This document shows, in pieces, positions 57,858-64,000 of a stretch of 64,000 nt of DNA (the first letter of the stretch is position 1; every line of letters starts with the position of its first letter). The notes under the pieces were generated by a model. It made no database searches and was not told the origin of the DNA. It saw only the letters and a list, made by a program, of their open reading frames with translations. Both the position numbers and the translations under genes were made by a program. The stretch spans positions 64,001 to 128,000 of the forward strand of contig CAWFQK010000004.1 in assembly GCA_963817955.1 (NCBI GenBank), in the 5' to 3' direction. The stretch comes from an uncultured Gemmatimonadaceae bacterium (lineage in GTDB: Bacteria; Gemmatimonadota; Gemmatimonadetes; Gemmatimonadales; Gemmatimonadaceae).

Positions 57858-58847
57858 ATGAAATCGCTCGAGCTCGACGTCGTCGCCACGCGAGGTGCGG
57901 ATATCGAATCCCGGCACCGCGTGCACGCCGCCGTCGTCGGCGCCGACGATACGCTCGTCGGCCGGGCGCATGATGCGCGCCTCGTAAGTTCATGGCGCTC
58001 GTGCGCCAAGCCGTTTCAGGTCATGCCGTTCGTTGAATCAGGTGGCTTCGACCAGCTGCATTGGGGCGACGACGAGCTTGCGTTGTCCTGTGCGTCCCAT
58101 GGCGGTGAGCCGGAGCATGTCGCCCTTGCAGAGCGCATGCTGAACGACATCGGCCTCGAAGAAGGCGATCTCGCCTGCGGCCCGCACGATCCGCTGTCGT
58201 CGCGTGGCATGAAGCTTCTGCGCGAGTCCGGCGCGCGCGTGACGCGGCTGCACAACAACTGCTCCGGCAAGCACGCATCGATGCTCGCGCGCGCGCAAAC
58301 GGCGGGGTGGCACACCTACGGGTATGAGCGCCGAGATCATCCGGTGCAGCGGTGCTGTCTGGAGTCTGTGGCCAAGTGGGCCGGTCTGGCGGATCACGAG
58401 GTGCGCCAGGCGGTGGATGGCTGCGGCGTGGTCGCATTCGCCCTGCCGCTGGAGAACATGGCGCGCGCGTGGTCGCGTCTCGCCCGCGGGGCGCGCGACG
58501 ATAACGAAATTCCCGCGCGGATCGTGCACGCCATCCAGACGCGGCCTTTCCTCATCGGCGGCACTGACCGGTTCGACTCGGTCCTGATCGAGGAGACGGG
58601 CGGGCGCGTGATTGCCAAGATCGGCGCAGAGGGCGTTCATTCCGTTGCGGTGCCGGAGCAGGGAATTGGATTCGCGGTGAAGGTCGACGACGGCGCCCAG
58701 CGAGCGCAGTTCCCGGCGGTCATTCGCATTCTGCAAATATTCGATGCGCTTCCCGCCGCGCTGCCCGTGCGTCTCGAGGAGTTTCTGCACCGGTCGGTGA
58801 GAAACACCCGCGGCGAAGTGGTTGGCGAAATCCGTCTCGCCTCCTGA
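57858..58847 (+). CDS. Asparaginase II family (Rhizobium-type, class 3)
   Basis: RG..IESRH, RSCAKPFQ, CASHGGE, NNCSGKH, DGCG, KIGAEGV. Confidence 0.9.
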   Translation: MKSLELDVVATRGADIESRHRVHAAVVGADDTLVGRAHDARLVSSWRSCAKPFQVMPFVESGGFDQLHWGDDELALSCASHGGEPEHVALAERMLNDIGLEEGDLACGPHDPLSSRGMKLLRESGARVTRLHNNCSGKHASMLARAQTAGWHTYGYERRDHPVQRCCLESVAKWAGLADHEVRQAVDGCGVVAFALPLENMARAWSRLARGARDDNEIPARIVHAIQTRPFLIGGTDRFDSVLIEETGGRVIAKIGAEGVHSVAVPEQGIGFAVKVDDGAQRAQFPAVIRILQIFDALPAALPVRLEEFLHRSVRNTRGEVVGEIRLAS

Positions 58848-58887
58848 CCCAGGCCGGAAATCCCTTGCGCCTACGCGACGCCGAACG

Positions 58888-59520
58888 ATGACGCCGCCCC
58901 TTCGCTCCACCGAGATATTGTCGGTGCTGGACGACGCCACGCGGGCGCTCGTCCGGTTGTCGGCTGTCATTACGTGTGGTTGTGAACAGGAGATTCGTGA
59001 CGCGATTACTCAGGCGCCGCTCGTCATTCCGGGGCTGTGGGTCGAAGAGTTGCTGCTGCAGAGCTATCTGTTCGCCGGCTTCCCGCGGGCGCTCAACGCG
59101 ACGCGCGAATGGCGGCGCGTTCAGCCGGAGCCGTTGTCACCGATCGAGCCGGCCGCGTTGGATCGGTGGCGTGAGAACGGCGTCACGACCTGCTCTGCAG
59201 TGTACGGGTCCATGTACGAGCGGCTGCGCGGGAACATCCGTGCGCTGCACCCACAGCTCGATGACTGGATGATTACCGAAGGCTATGGCAAGGTGCTGTC
59301 TCGCCCTGGCTTGGATCTGGCGCGGCGCGAGCTCTGCATCGTCGCCGCGTGCGCGGCGGCCGCGCAGGACCGTCAGCTGCACTCGCACCTTCACGGCGCG
59401 CTGAATGTCGGCGTCGCCCCCGTAGTGCTCGACGAAGTCATTGCGTCGCTGTCTGGCGTGCTCGGCGATCGTCGCGCCCAATCTGTGCGCCTGTTGTGGG
59501 CGCGAGTCAAAGGAAAGTGA
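58888..59520 (+). CDS. Carboxymuconolactone decarboxylase (AhpD-like) family protein
   Basis: YLFAGFPRALN, YGKVLSRPGLD..RREL, QLHSHLHGALNVG. Confidence 0.85.
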   Translation: MTPPLRSTEILSVLDDATRALVRLSAVITCGCEQEIRDAITQAPLVIPGLWVEELLLQSYLFAGFPRALNATREWRRVQPEPLSPIEPAALDRWRENGVTTCSAVYGSMYERLRGNIRALHPQLDDWMITEGYGKVLSRPGLDLARRELCIVAACAAAAQDRQLHSHLHGALNVGVAPVVLDEVIASLSGVLGDRRAQSVRLLWARVKGK

Positions 59521-59524
59521 CGGC

Positions 59525-60544
59525 ATGTTCATCGATCGCGTAGTAGTGAACGTCAAGGCGGGCGACGGCGGCTCGGGCATGACTTCCTTCCGGCGGGAAA
59601 AGTTCATCCCGTTGGGCGGTCCCGATGGCGGCGACGGGGGGCGCGGCGGCGACGTCATCGTGATCGGCGACAGCAACCTCGCGACGTTGCTGGACTACAC
59701 CTACCGTGACGCGTGGACCGCACCGGCGGGTGAACATGGGTCCGGCAACAACAAGACAGGTCGGTCCGGTTCGGACATCGTCCTGCCGGTCCCGACCGGG
59801 ACAGTGATCAGGGATCTCGAAACATCGGCGCTCGTGGGTGAGGTGCTCGAGGACGGAGACCGGATCGTCGTCGCCAAGGGAGGACGTGGGGGAAAGGGCA
59901 ATTCGTTCTTCGCGACTCCGACGCATCAGGCGCCACGCGAATATCAGCCGGGCGAAGACGGCGAGGCCCGGACGCTCGAGCTCGAGCTCAAGCTGATCGC
60001 CGATGTCGGGCTCGTTGGCCAACCGAATGCCGGGAAGTCCACACTCCTCTCCGTCGTTTCGGCCGCGCGGCCCAAAATTGGCGACTATCCGTTCACGACG
60101 CTGAGCCCGAATCTGGGCGTGGTGCAGCTCAGCGACAATCGCACGTTCGTGGTCGCCGACATCCCAGGTATCATCGAGGGCGCGCACGAGGGCCGCGGGC
60201 TGGGGTTGAAGTTCCTGCGGCACATCGAGCGGACGCGTGTGCTCGCTTTTCTCGTGCCCATCGACGCCATGGACTGGCAGGAGGAATATGATCAGCTTCG
60301 GCGCGAGATCGAGTCCTACTCCACGGAACTGGCGCAGAAGCCACATTGCGTCGTGTTCACGAAAATGGACTTGCTTGGCGATGAGACGCCGCCGCCCGTC
60401 GACGCACCCGATGCGTTTGGCGTGTACGCCATCAGCGCCGCCGGCCGGATCGGATTGGACGCGCTGCTCTCCGCTTGGTGGAGCCGTCTGCTTGATATGA
60501 AGAAGACCGTTGTCCGGCGAACCGAGTCGATCGAGCTCCCCTGA
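59525..60544 (+). CDS. obgE: GTPase Obg/CgtA
   Basis: MFID, FRREKFIP.GGPDGGDGG, GQPNAGKS, YPFTT, DIPG, LRHIER. Confidence 0.97.
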   Translation: MFIDRVVVNVKAGDGGSGMTSFRREKFIPLGGPDGGDGGRGGDVIVIGDSNLATLLDYTYRDAWTAPAGEHGSGNNKTGRSGSDIVLPVPTGTVIRDLETSALVGEVLEDGDRIVVAKGGRGGKGNSFFATPTHQAPREYQPGEDGEARTLELELKLIADVGLVGQPNAGKSTLLSVVSAARPKIGDYPFTTLSPNLGVVQLSDNRTFVVADIPGIIEGAHEGRGLGLKFLRHIERTRVLAFLVPIDAMDWQEEYDQLRREIESYSTELAQKPHCVVFTKMDLLGDETPPPVDAPDAFGVYAISAAGRIGLDALLSAWWSRLLDMKKTVVRRTESIELP

Positions 60545-61568
60545 CGAACGTCGTGCCGCGCTGGCGCTGACGCTCGTTGCCGATGTCGGCAGCGTCACCC
60601 ATCGCCAACTGATTGAGCGGTTTTGTACCGCGTCGCGCGCATTGGATGCTGGATTTGCGCGCCACGTCGTGCGTGAAGCGTACGAGGCCGCCGATGTTCA
60701 GTTACGCGACGGTGACGCGCGCGGCTTGGCGCTCACGACCACGACGGATGCCTCGTATCCGGCCGCGTTGCGCGAGCTGAATGATCCCCCCGCCGTGCTC
60801 TGGTCGCGCGGTGATTGGAACGTGCTGCAGCCGCCGGTGGTGGCGGTCGTCGGGACGCGCCGTTCCACCGGATACGGCCAGCGCGTGACGCGCGAGATCG
60901 TCTCCGCGCTCGCGCGTCGCGGCGCATGCATCGTCAGCGGTATGGCCCTGGGAATCGACGGCGTCGCGCACCGCGCGGCTCTCGACGCCGGCGGCCGCAC
61001 CGTTGCGGTGCTCGGGACAGGCGCCGATGTCGTCTATCCACGGGCCCATGCCGCGTTGCACCGTGAGATCTCAGAACGCGGCCTCGTCTTGTCGGAACTT
61101 CCTCCCGGCGCGCGCTCGGACGGCGGCTCGTTTCCGCGTCGAAATCGCATCATCGCTGGCCTGGCGCAGCTCACGATCGTCGTCGAGGCACCGAGGGACA
61201 GTGGGGCGCTGTTGACGTCAAATCGCGCGCTCGAGCTCGGGCGCGACGTTTCCGCCGTTCCCGGCTTGATCGACTCCCCGCAAAGCGAGGGATCGAACAA
61301 CTTGCTGCGCGAGGGTGCCCACGTCATCACGTCCGTGTCCGACGCGCTCCATCTCGTGGGACTTTCGCCGATCGCGCGGATCACGCCCGATCTCCGGACC
61401 GGCCCGGAGCGAGCGATCTGGCATGCGTTGCACGAGCGCGGCCTCATGCTCGACGAACTCTGTGCCCGATCCGCGCTCCCCGTTGTCGAGTGTCTCACCG
61501 CCGTCACCACGATGGAGATGCGCGGCGTCATCGAGTGCGTGATCACTGGTGAGATCCGTCGCCGGTAA
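60510..61568 (+). CDS. dprA: DNA-processing protein DprA
   Basis: AVVGTR, VSGMALGIDGVAH, FPRRNRIIAGL, VVEA...SGAL.T, C-terminal winged helix; start uncertain. Confidence 0.94.
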   Translation: MSGEPSRSSSPDERRAALALTLVADVGSVTHRQLIERFCTASRALDAGFARHVVREAYEAADVQLRDGDARGLALTTTTDASYPAALRELNDPPAVLWSRGDWNVLQPPVVAVVGTRRSTGYGQRVTREIVSALARRGACIVSGMALGIDGVAHRAALDAGGRTVAVLGTGADVVYPRAHAALHREISERGLVLSELPPGARSDGGSFPRRNRIIAGLAQLTIVVEAPRDSGALLTSNRALELGRDVSAVPGLIDSPQSEGSNNLLREGAHVITSVSDALHLVGLSPIARITPDLRTGPERAIWHALHERGLMLDELCARSALPVVECLTAVTTMEMRGVIECVITGEIRRR

Positions 61569-61592
61569 GTGCGCCGGTCCGTATATTCCGAA

Positions 61593-62714
61593 GTGTTCCC
61601 TCGCCATGTCTACGTTCATGTGCCGTTTTGCGCGCGGCGCTGCTCCTACTGCGACTTCTCGATCGCCGTTCGACGCATCGTGCCTGCAACCGAGTACGTG
61701 GAGGCGCTGCGGCGCGAGCTCGCGTTGCGGTTTCCGCGTGACGGTCCTTGGACTGTGGACACGTTGTACTTCGGCGGCGGGACGCCGTCGCGGCTTGGCG
61801 CCGCCGGCGTCTCGGCGATCATGCGACTCCTTCGCGATCGGCTGACGCTGGCTGACGGAGCGGAAGTCACGCTGGAGGCGAATCCCGAAGACATCACCGA
61901 CGAAACCGTCCGCGCATGGCATGATGTCGGCGTGAACCGCTTATCCATTGGCGCGCAGTCGTTTGATGACCGCGTACTCGCCTGGATGCATCGGACACAC
62001 GATGCGGCGGCGATTGGCCGCGCCGTTGATGTCGCCCGGCGCGGCGGCATCGACAACCTCTCCATTGACCTGATCTTTGCATTGCCGGAGAGCGTGAAAC
62101 GTTCGTGGGCGAACGATGTCGAGCGTGCATTGGCGCTCGATCCGCCGCATCTGTCGCTGTACGGCCTCACGATCGAACCGCATACGCCGTTGGGCCGCTG
62201 GCAAAGTCGTGGCCAGGTGACGGAATCGCCTGAGGAGCGCTACGAGCTGGAGTTCACGGAAGCACACCACGCGCTCACCTCCGGCGGGCTAGAGCACTAC
62301 GAGGTTTCGAACTTTGGCCGGCCGGGTTTTCACGCGCGTCACAATTCCGCCTATTGGGCGGCGGTGCCATATGCCGGCCTGGGCCCCTCAGCCCACGAAT
62401 TCAATGGGACGGGGCGGCGCTGGAACACATCGGCGTACGTGGACTGGTTGCGCCGGCTTGGCTCAGGGCACGATCCGGTGGCCGGCAGCGAGGAGTTGAC
62501 CCGCGGCAACATGACAGCCGAGGCGGTGTACCTTGGGCTGCGCACTACGAAAGGGCTGCGTTTGTCGGGCCCGGAAGTCGCCCGTGTCCAACCGTGGGTC
62601 GAAGCCGGGTGGGCGGTTCTCGATGCATCCGGGCATATGGTGCTCACCCCTTTGGGTTGGCTTCGTCTCGATGCCATCGCCGCCGACTTGACACTTATCC
62701 GAAGTCGTTACTAG
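61593..62714 (+). CDS. hemW: Radical SAM heme chaperone HemW
   Basis: YVHVPFCARRCSYCDF, YFGGGTPS, EANP, YEVSNF, HNSAYW. Confidence 0.94.
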   Translation: MFPRHVYVHVPFCARRCSYCDFSIAVRRIVPATEYVEALRRELALRFPRDGPWTVDTLYFGGGTPSRLGAAGVSAIMRLLRDRLTLADGAEVTLEANPEDITDETVRAWHDVGVNRLSIGAQSFDDRVLAWMHRTHDAAAIGRAVDVARRGGIDNLSIDLIFALPESVKRSWANDVERALALDPPHLSLYGLTIEPHTPLGRWQSRGQVTESPEERYELEFTEAHHALTSGGLEHYEVSNFGRPGFHARHNSAYWAAVPYAGLGPSAHEFNGTGRRWNTSAYVDWLRRLGSGHDPVAGSEELTRGNMTAEAVYLGLRTTKGLRLSGPEVARVQPWVEAGWAVLDASGHMVLTPLGWLRLDAIAADLTLIRSRY

Positions 62715-62717
62715 GTT
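62688..62717 (+). promoter_or_regulatory. Promoter of hrcA, likely leaderless
   Basis: TTGACA-18nt-TAGGTT, ATG 7 nt downstream. Confidence 0.65.
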
Positions 62718-62724
62718 TGAAGTT

Positions 62725-63774
62725 ATGGCATCCGAGGAGCTCAGCAGGCGCGAACGCCGTGTACTCGAGGCGGTGATTCGCAGCTACGTAGAAACTGCCG
62801 AGCCCGCCGGTTCACGGACGCTCTCGCGGCGGTTTGGGCTCGGCGTGTCGCCGGCAACGATCCGCAACACGATGAGTGATCTGGAAGAGAAGGGTTTTCT
62901 CTTCCATCCGCACACATCCGCCGGCCGCATTCCAACCAACAAGGCATACCGGGCGTACGTGGATTCGCTCCTGAGCCTGCCGCCGTTGAAAACCGTTGAG
63001 AGCGATCGTCTGACGGAAGAGATTACCGGTGGACCGTCGATGTCGCCGATCGAGACGATCCTGCGGCGGGCGGCCCAGACACTCGGCGTATTGACGCAGG
63101 AACTTGGCGTTGCGGTGGGACCACGGATCGACGGTTCTGTGCTTCGCCGGCTCGAGCTCGTGCGCGTCAGTAGTGAGCGGTTGCTCATGGTGCTGACGCT
63201 CGACGGCGGGGTCATGCGGACGGTCTTCGTGGAAGTACCTGGCGAGATTGCCGGTACGGCGCTTATGGAAGTCACGACGGTGCTCAACGACCGACTCGCC
63301 GGGCTCACGATCGGACAGATTCGTCACTCATTGGCGGTCCGGCTCCGTGACACAGGCACCGACCGCGGCGCGGCGGAGCTCCTCAATATTTTTCTTCAGG
63401 AGGGCGACCAATTGTTGGACGCAGCACTCCCGTTGTCGGGCGGAGACGTGGTGCTTGGCGCAGCGTCCGTGCTCGCCGAGCAACCTGAGTTCTCTGGCGC
63501 CGACCGGCTGCGCCGACTCCTCGCGCTCACTGAAACGCCACAGGCCTTCGGTGATGCCATTCGCAAGCGCGTGCAAGTTCCTGGCATTTCGATCACGATC
63601 GGTGCGGAGCATGATGACCCGCGCTTCGAAGATTTCACCGTCGTCACCGCTGAATATCACGCCGGCTCATTGGCTGGCGTCATCGGTGTGATCGGTCCGA
63701 CGCGGATGCCCTACGAAAAAGTGATATCGCTCGTCAGCCACACATCGCAGCTGCTGAGCGACCTGCTGGATTAA
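62725..63774 (+). CDS. hrcA: Heat-inducible transcription repressor
   Basis: [40 protein letters not shown]. Confidence 0.97.
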   Translation: MASEELSRRERRVLEAVIRSYVETAEPAGSRTLSRRFGLGVSPATIRNTMSDLEEKGFLFHPHTSAGRIPTNKAYRAYVDSLLSLPPLKTVESDRLTEEITGGPSMSPIETILRRAAQTLGVLTQELGVAVGPRIDGSVLRRLELVRVSSERLLMVLTLDGGVMRTVFVEVPGEIAGTALMEVTTVLNDRLAGLTIGQIRHSLAVRLRDTGTDRGAAELLNIFLQEGDQLLDAALPLSGGDVVLGAASVLAEQPEFSGADRLRRLLALTETPQAFGDAIRKRVQVPGISITIGAEHDDPRFEDFTVVTAEYHAGSLAGVIGVIGPTRMPYEKVISLVSHTSQLLSDLLD

Positions 63775-63781
63775 TCAAAAC

Positions 63782-64000
63782 ATGGCGGATTTTTACGCAG
63801 TCCTCGCCGTCCCGCGCACGGCGTCGGACGACGAGATCAAGAAGGCCTATCGCAAGCTTGCGATGACGAATCACCCGGACCGCAACAACGGCTCGAAAGA
63901 GGCGGAGGAGCGGTTCAAGGAGATCACCGAGGCGTACGACGTGCTTCGTGATCCGCAGAAGCGCGCGGCGTACGACCGCTACGGCGAGTCGGGACTGCGT
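63782..64000 (+). CDS. dnaJ: Chaperone DnaJ, 5' part (runs off window)
   Basis: Own translation MADFYAVL...[14 protein letters not shown]...[19 protein letters not shown]. Confidence 0.93.
   Translation, partial: MADFYAVLAVPRTASDDEIKKAYRKLAMTNHPDRNNGSKEAEERFKEITEAYDVLRDPQKRAAYDRYGESGLR

Overview
High-GC bacterial chromosome segment made up mostly of housekeeping genes; protein style and gene order suggest Gemmatimonadota (inference). Order: rimI (partial), ssb, LysM/TsaP-like, ccsA-like, hemA, epimerase, tolQRAB-pal-cpoB, lptD-like, hutH-hutU-radical SAM-hutI, TPR protein, polyprenyl synthase, tatC, tatA, ppiD-like (-), TPR protein, aroQ, peptidase M24, accB, pilT-family, accC, comB, ftsK, yraN, recA, recX, alaS, gmhA, SDR, asparaginase, cca, ZIP, rarA, LEA2, hflX, a ~1.9 kb accessory segment, tRNA-Val and tRNA-Ile2 (-), heptose kinase (-), mlaEFD, DMT, asparaginase II, CMD, obgE, dprA, hemW, hrcA, dnaJ (partial). 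The most unusual part is the accessory segment: an AT-rich box and hairpin, a ~1.1 kb degenerate 21-bp tandem array, a decayed ORF and a terminator. Also notable are a 21-codon tatC-like scar coupled to lptD, an apparent ATA start for hflX, many leaderless promoters, and a radical SAM gene inside the hut operon. Single-base indels in hutH, hutU, pilT and accC are probably sequence errors and create a false PilT-AccC fusion. All family calls come from motif recognition; no database search was run.
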